NCBI GenBank assembly: GCA_010909165.1
Contig: MU008217.1
Coordinates: 180,979 to 244,978 of the forward strand
Source: Anthoceros angustus
Lineage: Eukaryota > Plantae > Anthocerotophyta
Direction: 5' to 3'
DNA: 64,000 bases
In this document: piece after piece, positions 37,263-50,300 of the stretch
How the letters are laid out: each line of letters begins with the position of its first letter
How positions within the stretch are numbered: the first letter of the stretch is position 1
The notes under the pieces: model-generated
What the model was told of the DNA's origin: nothing
Database searches by the model: none
The model's input: the letters and a program-made list of their open reading frames with translations, nothing else
Position numbers and translations under genes: made by a program

Positions 37263-40200
37263 GCCTACGCTTGCTTAAAGAGCCAGCCGCCGAGCTCGCC
37301 TAGCCTAGCATCGCCCAAGACGCCCAGCACGCCCAGACGCCCAGCATCAGCACTAGCTTAGCATCACCCAGCATCGCCAAGCCGCCTAGCATCACTAGCA
37401 TCACAGCCCAGTACGCCCATCTAGCACACACGAGATCATAGCTTGAACAGGAGAGTAGCTCGACGCCGTGGGCACAAACACACCTCCCCACGAACAACAC
37501 GCAAATTCCTCACATCGCCTCCTGAGTCATAGCTTTGGCCTCCTCACAACGCCTCAGACAGATATCTACAAGATCCGAGCTTGTCCTCAATGGAAGGGTC
37601 TATATATACTAGACTGCATCGATATTCCTAAGATATCCTATTGGCATCAAGATATGCCGTAAATATCCTAAGAATACACTATAATATGCAATATGCCAAA
37701 GCATATTACTTGAGCTTATCCACTTAGCTATTGTATCCTAAGAATACACTATAATATGCAAGGAATATGCCAAAGCATATTACTTGAGCTTATCCACTTA
37801 GCTATTGCTAACCATGTTTAATTAACACTAATCAATGCTTAATTAACATAAGCACTTTAGATTAATTAATACCTAATTACTTACTTAAAGATAAGTAATT
37901 AGATTAATTAATGCTAATCAAACACTAAACCCAAGTGCGTAGATTAGTATCACTGCATTTAACATTCTCATCATGCCTTTTTTCCTATACTTAAAAAATT
38001 CTAAATTATCACAGGAAAAAAAGAGAAAAATAGAAGAGTCTCAAGACAATGCTCCAACTTATGGCCCTTCAAAGGAGTTCACTGAATTTGGCAAATGGAT
38101 GAATAACTTCCAATATCCGCCAATATTCCAAGATCCAGAAACTGGAGACAGCACTCTATGTGGCCACGGTGTCAGCATTTAGGAGCAGATGTGAAAGTGA
38201 TGAGACAAGATCGCAAAACGCCAGCGTAGCAAACACCAAACCTTTATACTATAGGCACCGCCTAACGATCGATCACCAAGAATCGACTTTAAAAAGGAAA
38301 CAAAATGGCTGTGGTAATACCTTGAGGGTTGTTTGTTCAAGGGCTTCATGTACCGGACCTTGAGGGGCTCTCTTGGCCAAAACTTGCATACAAAAAAACA
38401 GATAAGAATAGATGCAGTTCTCACTAGCAAAGAAATCAAACAGCAGCGATGGTAGTGGCCTATCCTCGAAAAAATGGCTGGAAGCAAGAGCCCACGAGAC
38501 AGCTGGATGTGGGCGAAGAGGGCTTTACCGAACGTAGATAACAATGTGAACCGCCACGAGGAAATAATTGTGCTTGACGTCGTACCTACGAAGGACGCCA
38601 AGAGCGAGACTTCTTGTCATCGTGGTGGCGGATTTAGAGCTCAAATGAAGCCACCGAGCCCGGCAGCAAAAGATGTGATCATATGGTTACCAGTAGAACA
38701 AAGATCAGAAAGCATCAAGTTGCAATTTCTTGTACCCAAAAGGATCGGAACCAAGATGCTCAAGGAAGCGACCGAAGCGAAGTCCATCGTACACCTGTGA
38801 ACGTGGTGGTGGTGTGGACTACTGACTTCCCTTGGGGTTAAGAAAAGTAGGGTTTTGTTTTTTCGTAGGAGCGAGGACAAAATAAGGCGAAAAGGAGGAA
38901 TAAGCATGGATAGCACTCGACCGCACCGGAGTATACTCCGACCGAGTGGGCAACGACCTGACCTACTATGGCGGTGCACCGACCACGCGGGTAACGGATA
39001 AGTCCGGACCCACCCAGTCCAAGCAGGATAAGTACGCCAGGAAAGTAACTTAGAAGTTGAGCCGTGAGGACGACCAGGCGGCGCCACGTGGACGGCCCGA
39101 GTGGAGGTCGGCATGCACCGCCAGACAGACCTGCCAGGGCCGCAGGCAGTATTCACGCCGGACGCGCGCCAGAAGGCCGAGGCACTCCTTGGGCCTTGAC
39201 TTGGGCTTCGCCTCCTTGGCTTGACTTGGGCTCTTCGCCTCCTCCTTGGCCTTGACTTGGGCTCTTCGCCTCCCTCCTGGCCTGACTTGGCTTCTGCTTA
39301 AAGAGCTAGCGCCGCCGCCCAGCTCCCCGCCTAGCATCGCCAGCACGCCAGCACGCACGCTAGCACGCCCAGCATCGCCAGCATCGCCAGGTAGCTTTAG
39401 CATCACCTAGCACGCTTAGCCACTCTAAAGTTGCCTAGCATCGCCTTAACATCACACTCAAGCCTAGCCGCCTATCCAGTGTACACACATGAGATCATAG
39501 CTTGTAACAGAGGGAGTAGCTCGCACGTGGGCACAAACACACTCTCCCCACGAGAACAACACGCAAATTCCTCACACATCGCCTTCCTGAGTCATAGCTT
39601 TGGCCTCCTCACAACGCCTGTGCAGACATCTAGAGGACAAGCTATGATCTCGAGCTTGTCCTCAATGGAAGGGTCTATATATACTAGACTTCGGCATCGG
39701 CATATTCCTAAGATATCCTATTGGCATCAAAGATACGTAAATATCCTAAGAATACACTATATATTATGCAAGGAATATGCCAAAGCATATTACTTGAGCT
39801 TATCCACTTAGCTATTCTAAGAATACACTATAATATGCAAGGAATATGCCAAAGCATATTACTTGAGCTTATCCACTTAGCTATTGCTAACCATGTTTAA
39901 TTATCACTAATCAATGCTTAATTAACATAAGCATATTAGATTAATTAACACTAATTACTTACTTAAACATGAGTAATTAGACTAATTAATGCTAATCAAA
40001 CACTAAACCCAAGTGCAGAGATTAGTATCACACGGCATGACACATTCTCATCATGCCTTTTTTCCTATACTTAAAAAATTCTAAATTATCACAGGAAAAA
40101 AAGAGAAAAATAGAAGAGTCTCAAGACAATGCTCCAACTTATGGCCCTTCAAAGGAGTTCACTGAATTTGGCAAATGGATGAATAACTTCCAATATCCGC

Positions 40201-41260
40201 CAATATTCCAAGATCCAGAAACTGGAGACAGCACTCTATGTGGCCACGATAAATCCGTGTCGCACTGAGCAGATGGAATGAAGTGATGAGACAAGATCGC
40301 AAAACGGCTGTAGCAAACACCAGCAAACCTTTATACTAGAAAGCACCGCCACTAACGATCGATCACCAAGAACCGACTTTAAAAAGGAAATCCACAGGTA
40401 AGAAGGTCAGTTTGGCTACCTTGAGGGTTGTTTATGTTCCGAAGGGCTTCAGCCGGACCTTGAGGGGCTCTCTCAGGCACTGGGCCCTAAAACTTCTGCA
40501 AGACAAAAATGTGGATAAGAATAGATGCAGTTCTCACTAGCAAAGAAATCAAACAGCAGCGATGGTAGTGGCCTATCCTCGAAAAAATGGCTGGAAGCAA
40601 GAGCCCACGAGATACCGCTTGGATGTAAGAGGGCTTTACCAACGTAGATAACAATGTGAACCGCCACGAGAAATAATGCTTTGACGACTCACAAGGACGC
40701 CAAGAGCGAGACTTCTTGATCGGGTGGCGGTGATTTAGAGCTCACAAGTCGGATGCCACCGAGCCTGGGCAGCAAAAAAAAGATGTGATCATATGGTTAC
40801 CAGTAGAACAAAGATCAGAAAGCATCAAGTTGCAATTTCTTGTACCCAAAAGGGACTGGAACCAAGATGCTCAAGGAAGCGATCGAAGCGAGTCCATCGA
40901 CACTGTGAACGTGGTGGTGTGGACTACGGACTTTGGGGTTAGAACAAGTAGGGTTTTGTTTTTTAGGAGTAAGGATAAAATAAGGCGAAAAGGAGGAATA
41001 AGCATGGATAGCACTCGGACCGCACTGGAGTATACTCGGACTCGAGTGAGGAACAGACCTACTATGGCAGGCACCGACTACGTAACGGATAAGTCCGGAC
41101 CCACTCCGTGTCCAAACAGGATAAGTACGCCAGGAAAGTAACTTAGAAGTTGAGCCGTGAGGACGACTAGGCGACGCCACGTGGACCCCGAGTGGAGGTC
41201 GGGCATGCAGCCAGACCGCTGGGGCCGCGAGGCAGTATTCACGCCCGCGACGCGCGGGCG
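37100..41260 (+). repeat. ~2.1-kb tandem duplication of (family-1 LTR part + unique segment + 5' end of family-2 LTR)
   Basis: Shared anchors at 37973/40053 (ATGCCTTTTTTCCTATAC) and 38813/40918 (TGTGGACTAC). Both copies carry the same internal ~65-bp duplication. Confidence 0.85.
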
Positions 41261-44200
41261 CGTAAGCAGCACGCGCGCGTAAGGCCGAGGGGAGGCGAAG
41301 GTCGCATGTGCACTCGCGCACAGTGGAAGAGGCGCGCCCGCCCGCTTACTAAAGGCGCGTCAAGGGGAAGGTCATGCCGCCGCACCGAGACACCTCGCTT
41401 GCGCCCGCAACCCGGCCTCCGCGTATCTCTTTGAGCGCCCAAGGCCCTCGAGCTGAGGTTCGGAGCAGAACGCGCGGAGGGCGATCGTGCCTCCCCAGCC
41501 AAGAACAAGGGAGGAAGGCGATGGCACCCAAAAGCCTGGAAGTTTGGGAGCCATGGAACCTTGTGGAGCGCAACATTGTGACCCGGCGCTATCCGGACTT
41601 TGGGCCCGGCCCAGGAAGCGGAGAATTGGTGAGGAGTGGCATTTGGATGTGTTCCATGGTCCGACGCTCGACCACTCCGTCCGGAGTTTGCCCGAAGATG
41701 CCGGCGGCGGTCAACAAGGAGGTGCGGTCCAAGAACCTCCGGAGGACCCAAGGCGATGGACCTTGAGGTCCCGAGGCGGCCTACAACCGCCCAAAGGAGG
41801 AAGAGGGGAGTGGTGCCGAGCCCCTCAAGGCGGCGGGGAAGATAGGGCCCAAGGCCGAGGCTCGACGCAGGACCACCAACGGGTTGATATCCGACCGCGG
41901 ATCCGAGTAAGGGCGGTAGCCCGGATCATTGTCCATTGGAACCTACTCACCAAGGTGGATCACCTTGGTGATAATCTATATTCCCGCATGCGCCTGGGAA
42001 GAGGGCGACCGGGAAGGATTATCTTCGCCCGGTTAGCCAGAGGCTCGCAAGCTGGAGCCGAGAAGCCTCGCCATCTGGGCCCCCATACCCGATCCATGTA
42101 TGGGGCATTTCGAGCTCCTCAAGGAAGGAGAGCTTGAGCGAGCCCGGAAGGACCGAGGCCCGCCGGAAGTGGAGCGGCAAGGGCGCCGAGGGAGGAGGCC
42201 GACAAGCCAAACGACTCGGAGGAGGACGATCGAGGATTCCTGACTCCATACGCGAACGGGACCCCTCACCACCTGTGGAAGTATGGGAAGAAATTCCCCG
42301 CCTCCTCCGGTGCCCCAACCAGACCAGCCAGAAGCCCCCCCAGCCCGCCACCACCACAACCACTGGAGCCCCGCCGACAGGGAGAAGAGCGCAAGACCAG
42401 GACCAACGCAGCACCCGACGGTGCACCTCCCCGCCACGAGTGGCAAGAAGAGGAAGTGAAGGAGGGCGAAAGGACGCGCCTGTGGAGCAGGAGGACACGG
42501 CAGCCTGACCAGCCCCCTGCCTCCGATGAAGGGGCAAAGGGCTTGCTCCCGACTCCTCCTCCTCCGAGCCCTGTGAGAAGGAGAGCCAAAAGGGCCAAGG
42601 AAGGGAAGCCAGACTCGTGACCTAAGGGTCCCGATTAGGTCCGAGAACCCACCGACTTACTCCGGATCGGTATGGAGGTCCTCGGACGTGAGATGCCGCC
42701 CACACGGACTTTGTGGGAGCCTCACTGCGGCCGGAAGAAACACGGGTCCTGCTACCGCCATGGACGGTATGCTGGGGTCTCGGGATGGCCGAGAAGACCT
42801 GGGAGGTAGAAGCCACCCGAGGCGCATGGTACTCCTCCAGAGGCTTGGAGGGGCCCAGAGGCGGAAGGCAAGCTCTCGGCCGATTGAGGAAGGAAACGCC
42901 GAGAGAGGGGAGGTCCGTCCATCCGCAAGGACCGGACAAATTCCTTCACCGAGGAACAACAAGTGAAGCCAAGGAGGCCCAAGCGGCGAGGACCTCGCAG
43001 TGAGAGGGCGAGCGCAGAGGCAAGAGGCCCGGGCGCAAGCGGAGCGGCTGGACCGCGGAGGCGGCCCGACGACCGGAGCCAAGCCGGAGAGGCTGTGAAG
43101 GTGGCCAAGGAGGCGGAGGCCACGGCCGATCGCGATCACTACCATCGGCGTGATCGAACCGGTGGAGGGAGGCTAGAGCCACGGCCAACTAAGGCCGAGC
43201 AGCGGAGCAAGCACGACGAGCCGCAGGACTGGAGGCCACCGGGAGACCCTGTGGCACAGGAGGTAGAAGGGAGGGAGCCGGAGGAGCAAGGACACCTTGG
43301 AGTTACAACCCAAGATGCCGGAGCAGCAGGGTTCTCAACGAGAATCCAAGACTTCGAGAGGAGCCTCGTCAAGATGGAGCAGGAGGGCGGAGCAAGCGCC
43401 GCCAGCCTGTGAAGCTCGCGAGGGAGATGGAGGATCTCCACTGGGAGGTGGAGCAAGAAGGGAGATGGAAGACCGCAAGGAGACTTTGAGCGCCCAAACT
43501 ACCATTGAGAGGAATGGTAGTCTGACTGTCGCGAACGCGAGGAGAGCGGCCCACCTGCATGACGAGGCGACGCGATGGAACAGGAGTGACGCCGAGATGG
43601 AGAAGGCTGGGCGGGAGCCCGCAGCCGCTGCGCGAGAGGAGATGGCGGAGTTCACCGGACAGAGGGGAGCGAGGAGCAAGAAGTGCCGGTCCATGAGGAG
43701 GCGGAAGGGAACGCGCTATGGCGCCGCGCGGAGCTGGCGGAGGGAGTGGAGCAGGGTGACCCGGCGGGGTGGGAGGAGGGGGCAGGGCCCAATCAAACTG
43801 GGCAGGGAGGTGGCAAAGGGCAAAGGGATTCGGACTTTGCCTACCACGCCGAGCCCCGAGGAGCCTCCCACCGCTGACGACTGGAAGGCCTGGGAGAAGA
43901 AGGGCATGGGACAAAGAGGGACGGGGCCTGGAGATGACGGAGGGAGAAGAGCAAGAGGAGCGGACGCAGGACTAAAGTTCACCACCCCGCCGGAGAGGAG
44001 GAGGGCCCCGGGGTGCGAGGAGCCAACCCGACCCAAGACAAGGCCTGGGGAGGAGGACCCAGCAAGACGAGGTCCACAGAAAGGGGTCCGAGTTGGGACC
44101 GGACCCGAGTCAAGAGGTCCAACCCCAGAGAGACCCAGACCGACTCGGGAAATAAGACTGACCGGAGTTCGGGAGAGACTGACCCCCGAGGTCCTGACCC

Positions 44201-44972
44201 GCAAGAGGAGCCCCTCTCGACTTACGCTAGGGAGAGAGAAGGGGCCCCACCGGGAGGGGAGGGGGAGGCTGGGAGGATGACGTTGTGGTAACGGGCGGTC
44301 CGACCGCCAGCCCAACCCGGCTGTGATTCCGGAGAGGAGGGTCCCGCCGATCATCCGATTGCCACGCAATGCCGTGAGGAGATAGTGGTATACCGAAATC
44401 AAATGTAATAGGGGTAATAAAGACGACCGGGCGTAGTATAAGAGGGGGGGCCGCAATAAATCATCTTTCTTGGTGTTGATGCCGCTCTGCACCTTTGTGT
44501 GTCTTCTTGCTAACGTGAGTCCCGAGTCACCGAAAGGTGCACGATACCCGGAGATTGAGGTCCCGTGACGGACCTAACGTGTGTGGTGTGTGCAGAAGGG
44601 TGATCGGGACCCGTGGCCTGAGCCGCGCCCGCCGAACCGACCTGTGAGCCGGAGGAACTCCGGGGCGTAGAGCCCGGACGGAGAGGCCCGAACGAGGAGG
44701 TCCGACTGCGGTTTTCTAAGACCGAGAGTGTGAGTGAGAGAGGAAAGGACGGAGGTGTGAGGACGAACGTGAACGAAACGGACGCGAACGGGTCCTTAAA
44801 CGCTTACCCCCGGTGAACGCTGAGTAGTTAGAGTGTGTGCGTGAGACCGAACGGACGCAGTAAGACGAGAATCAAACGCGTAAACGGAGCCTATCATTCC
44901 CTTGGGAACGGACTTCTTCCTACAACGACACGGATTGTGCGCGCTACCGGCCGTCACGAAAGTCGCGCCACA
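40918..44972 (+). repeat. 5' LTR of the family-2 element (~4.05 kb); TATA-like GTATAAG ~44435 and AATAAA ~44455
   Basis: Colinear with 50339-51905+56380-59291 and with 51906-56379. Promoter and polyA motifs recur at ~55812 and ~58706. Confidence 0.85.
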
Positions 44973-45199
44973 TTTTGGCGCTGCCGGGAATGAAATCGCA
45001 GCAAGCGTGGATGGAGGACGGAGGTAGTTAAGGAGAGAGAGAGTGGACGCCAGATCGCCGAGCGCCCGAGCGCAGTAACGCGTGAGAGACGACGAGCTCG
45101 AGGCGAGGTCACCACCAATGTAAGCGGTGGAGTTGTCGGATCGAGAGGAGGAAGCACGTCAAGCGCGGTAAGGGGGCGGTTCCTCACCCCGCCGATCGC

Positions 45200-48100
45200 G
45201 ATGGCAACAACGCCGACCAAGCAAGTATTCTCTTTGGAGGTAAGAAGGAGAGAGATCAAACCTTCGTGGAGGATTTTGTTCGGCAAACTTCAACGGAGAA
45301 GGTTCGGATGCGCATCCAAATTGCTCCAAGGGTCCAAGGGGTGCCTGGTATCGGAAATACCGACCGCCCGAACGCCCCCGCAACCTTCAAGATTGAAGGA
45401 TGCCTTTAGAAAGATTCCGTGAATCGATCAAGAAGGCTTCTTGTCCAAACTCGAGAACCCAAGCGAGGAAGACGGAGAAGTTGGGATCGTACATCGAACG
45501 GTTCTACGCGCTGCGGGACCGGCACCCCACTCACACTACCATGCAGGCGGTACGTTGGTTCGCAGCTGGCTTATCCAAGCCAATGGCTAAGCACGTGCTG
45601 CTGTTGGCAGAGAAAGATGTGAGCAAGGCGGTCCGGGCGGCGGAGAACTATGAAGAATCGATGCACCAACGACGGCCGAGGACTCCTCCAGGAGGAAAGA
45701 AGAAAAGAAACGGGGGCCTGATCAAGATGAAGAACCCTCAAGAGGAGGATGATGAGACCGAGGTAGCACGAGGAAGAGGAAGAGGACTCAAGAAGAATCC
45801 GAGGATCATGGAAGAAGAAGAACCTACCAAAATAAGAAGAAGAAGCCCGTAGTCGGGAGGGTGGAAAAGAAGGAGGTCATGATGCCCGCCGGCACGAGAG
45901 GTCACCGACCCTCCTTTGAAGGAAGGGCCGAGGGAAGATCTAGAACGGGTAATGAAGAGGGTGGAGGAGTTGACGATCAACCGTGAAGGATAAAGAACGC
46001 GAAGGCGCGGCCACCACGGTCCGGACTCATCTGGTGTGCGGTGTGTCACCAACATGGGCATTCAAGGCCGCCTCCGCACCCGTGAACCGTGGAGTATGAC
46101 TACGGGAAGAGTCCGAGGAACAAAGGAGGATGCATACCAAGTGCAAGAAGCACAACCGGACCAGATCCGACGATGTACCCCGTGGTCCGTCTGCATCGAC
46201 CTCCGATGCAAGACCGCATGGGAGCCCTCCGTGAATTCTCGTGGCGCGTGGTCTCTTGAACTGGGAACCCCGGCACTACTCCAACGCGTGCCATACCCCA
46301 CCGCAAGGCAACGGGACTTTGAACGCCTGTGGAGATTGTAAAGGTGCAGGGCACATGGCGTGCACTGTGTCCGAATCCTCGCCGAGGACGGTGCGCCACG
46401 CCACCCTGCAGAGCCGCGACCACCACGCCCTCCCCTGCTACGCCTATTGAAGACGACAATGGAGTGGGAGGAGGCACCGAGGAGCTGAACGGTGGTACGG
46501 GCAAGTTCGCCAAGGAGAAGAAGGCGGACTGGATGGAAGTGTCAACCCGAGTCGCCAAAGGAGCGAAGGAAAGGAGACTTTAAGAGGAAGAAAATGGGGA
46601 TAGTCCCACGGATACGGAGGACGGAACACTGGGAAGCCGAACCCGCCAAAGAGGACGAGTTAAACCGGCAGCCGCCAAGAAGAAACCCCAAAACCCAAAG
46701 TCGAGAAGCGGACTCACCCACGGCAACACCGCAGCTTCCACCGGATGTGGTCCGAGAAGTGACCGAGATGCTTCAAGAAGAACTCCGGCAGACCTGAGTG
46801 GTCCGACCACCAGCTGGCGCCGGAGGAGCAAGGCGACGCTGACGCAGAGGAGAACCACCCGCCTTTCAAGGTGGCCGACTTGATGATGGACCAACAACAC
46901 TTGGTGTCCCTTAGGCGCTTGTTAAAGACAACCCGGCATCGGCTGTGAAGTCCGGAAGGCCATCAGGAACGCAACCACGGAACTCCTTGGTCCAAGGGCA
47001 AGAACGTGGAGGTAAGGGTCGATCTCATACGGACCGGGCGCCAGTGGTGTGAAATTGCGGGTGTAATTAAAACGCTCTAGACACGGGTCGAGTGAACCTC
47101 ATCACCGAGGCCACCGCAAGACGGCCGGGGTTCACCACCTTCGAGCCATCCACCAAAACCCTCGTGGATGGCGGATATGTCACGCGCGAGCGCCAGGGAG
47201 TTGTCCGAGTCCAAGCCACCATAGCGGAGCCCCTATACATTAGATTTTGTCGCCATCGACACGGACCTCCGGGTACGAGGTCGAGCGACCTGGCCGGACT
47301 CGCTGCATAAAACTACACTGAAGGAAGGAAATACACTTCAAGCCGGACCGGGATCCAAGGTGAGGGAAGGACGTAGCGACACGAGTAAGGACACATCTGG
47401 AGAAACCAAGCACTACGAGGGTACACCTCCGTCAAGACAAGGGGACGATGAGCGAGGATACGAATGAGGACTACCTTTCCCAAAATCACGTGGTCGAAGA
47501 AGATGGACTATCGGAGGGACACTTTGGAGCGGAGGTGATCATTGTTTTCAAGTGGAAGTCATGGAGGACAAAAAGGCGGAACCCAGGATGAGAGGACCAA
47601 GAAGTAACCCGTTCACCTCATTTAACTCTTCCGAGAATGGGGAATGCGTGAAGATGAACCCTGATGGAGGATGATGGCTTCGAGGAAGCGGGCGAGGAAA
47701 GAGAGACTCAACCCGACGATGTGGAAGACGTGGAGGTTCGCCAGGAAATTCCTAAAATTCGCAAGGGTATGCCAGAGTTAAACAAGACCTCACATTGTTG
47801 GGGAATTCAAAGGTGTTCGCTTTCAAGGTCACGACATGAAGGCATTCAAACAAGGCTAACACCGATAGATCGAAGTGAGCGGTGCCTGCTGGAGGCAAGA
47901 TAAATCAATCCCAAGCACTCGCCAAGGTCAAGGAAGTCCCGGATAAGTATCCGGAAGCGACATCATCTTCCCAATCGTGAATAAGTGGGTGGCGCCCATT
48001 GTGGTCGTGTCAAGAAGCAGGGTTCGTCCGCCAGATCGGAGAAAGCTTAACGCCGCCACGAAAAGGACCATTTCCCATGCCCTTTGTGGACGACATCGAC

Positions 48101-50300
48101 AAGGTGGCGACGAGTACCTACTCCTTCTTGACGGCCATCCGGCCACAACCGCACCTAAGGGAGTGACCGATAAGACAACATTCACCACGGAGTGGGGACG
48201 CTTGCCTACAAACGGAGTGCCTTCGGATGACAGAGCACCCGGATCATTTATGCGGATGGTGACCAACGCCTTCCGGAATTCTCGAGGGACTTCATGGAGG
48301 TGTTCTTGGACGACTCGGTGCACGGAGAGGAGGACAAACACGGACATTTGGGAAGTGTTTGGAACGATGTAGGAGACTCAACGCCTCGCATCCCGAGAAA
48401 TGCTACTCATGATGAGGGAATCTTGTTGGGGCACCGTGTCGAAGAGGGATAGAGGTGGACCAAGACAAGGTGAAAGTCATCCCCCTCAGCCCACCAACGA
48501 ACTTGAAGGAGTTACGGGATTCCCGGGCATGGTGGTTACTATAGGCCATCCAAGATTTTGCAAAGCCTCCGCTAACTGAGCTACTCAGAAGGAGGAGGAA
48601 TGGACCCGACGCCAAAAGGGAGGCGGCATTCAGAGACCTGCACCACACTGCCCCAAGACAAAGGACCGGACCGGGGAAGCGATTCCATGTGTATGTGGAT
48701 GTGTCACCGCCATCGGGTAGTGCTCACCAAAAGATGATAAACGGAGGGATCACCCAATCTACTACCGAAGACACTCACGACGCGAACGGAGGTACACTAC
48801 TACGGAGCGAGAGGCATTGGAATGGTATATGCTTAAGAAATTGCACTACCTTCGCCCAATGAGTTTGTGTTCTATGTTGATCACTTGGCCAAGCACTTTG
48901 GTGAACAAGGCGACTTGTCCTGGACGAATTGCGAGGTGGATTCTGCTGCTGTGGAGTTCACATTTGAGGTGGAGACTAGGCAAGGGCGGCAACACCAAAA
49001 CGCTGACTTCTTGTCCAGATTAAAGACGAGCTCCCCGCAGATCAGGAGGACGCCTTCCCGGATGAGGAATTGGTGGCAGCGATAGAGGAGGAAGCAGAGG
49101 AGCACAGCCGGACAAACCCTAAGCTGGGGAATAGCGGACCCACGGCAGAAGCGGAGAAGGGGAGCGGACGCCGGGGGCGGCCCTCTTATGCGGAGTTGGA
49201 ACGGTACCTATGGGAGATGGAGCTACCAAACGAACTGAACCGGGTCCAGCGGCAGGCCTTTGTGCACTACGCTCGCCCTTTTCGGTTGTATAACGGTTGC
49301 ATCTTTAAGGTGGGCCCATGTGGAACGAAGGTACCCAACAAAGTGAGACGGAGGTGGTAATAAAGGGGATGCACGAAGGACTAGGTGGTGGACATTATGC
49401 AGCAGTCACCACCAAGAAAATCTTGAGGTCGGGTAATCGTGGCCCACCATGTATGGGGAAACACACCAATTGTGAAGAAGTGTGATGCTTGTCGGATCGG
49501 AAGCCGACGCCACAACTCAATGGCCGTAGTGCCCATACTAGCACTAGCGCCTTTTGAGAAGTGGGCATCGACTTGGACCCATACGCCCAACGACGAGGCA
49601 CACACACAAAAGCGGTACATCTTGGTGGCAACGACCATCGCACTGTGGGTGAAGCTCGCTAGAACGGACCGCGAGCACGGTGGCCAAATTCCTCACGAAA
49701 ACATCATCACAAGGTATGGGTGTCCGCGCGGTGATAGGGGAACCCATTTCCTCAATGATGTGATAACGCAATGACGGACTATTTCGCATCACACATCGAA
49801 ACGCCCCTACAATCCAAGGCCAACGGATTGACGAGAAGACCAATGGACTTATCCGCCGATCCTCAATAAGACGCTAACTATGCGCACGATCGATACTCCG
49901 CCATCGCTGGGCGCTCGTAACGGCAGAAGGTAACCACGCAACGAACTCCGAGACATCTATGGGCACTCACCCGTTATGCCCGAGTTTGAGGTGCCAACAC
50001 CGTCATGATGGAAAGGCGCTTAACGGATGAAGAGAGCCAACCGAGCGTTGCTAGGGTTTGTCAAAGATACGGAGGACCGGGAAGAGGCGCAAATGCAATC
50101 GTACGTAATCAACGCAAGTGGGCATGACGCAATCGTGGAGTATGTGAAGGAGGGAGATCCTCCTTTACGATACATATGCACTTCCTGTAAACTCCACCTA
50201 CGATGGATGGGACCTTACCAAGTCGCGTATACAATGGGTCCGCTCACCAGCTTGGATGGTGAATTGCCCACTGGTGAACGGGTGGCGGTGAAAAGTACGC
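45200..50300 (+). pseudogene. gag-pol (GAG, CCHC, PR, RT, RNase H, INT), heavily frameshifted
   Basis: Gag SYIERF..QAVRWFAAGL (~45490-45570); knuckle CGDCKGAGHM (~46328); PR KTLVDGG (~47155); RT WVAPIVVV..RKLNAATK.DHFP (~47985-48080) and MEVFLDD (~48295); RH FHVYVD, YTTTEREAL (~48685-48820); INT MHEGLGGGHY, PFEKW, ENIITRYGCP, TPYNP.ANG (~49370-49830). Confidence 0.9.

Larger units (their letters stand above)
32811..37960 (-). mobile_element. Internally deleted Ty3/gypsy LTR retrotransposon (family 1): gag-PR-DNMT-(RT start)-deletion-PHD; LTR copies ~32811-33170 and ~37570-37960
   Basis: Direct-repeat LTR segments at both ends. Two CCHC knuckles (CVRCEG.DHSL.EC ~35828-35789; CPRCGE.RHNERHC ~35753-35713). 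Protease IEING...VLID(T)GA ~34965-35010 and FDVLLG...DLW...YRP. Pol N-terminus LKELLEASRHVFAF..FHIEL ~33595-33490. Exact LTR boundaries and PBS not resolved. Confidence 0.8.
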
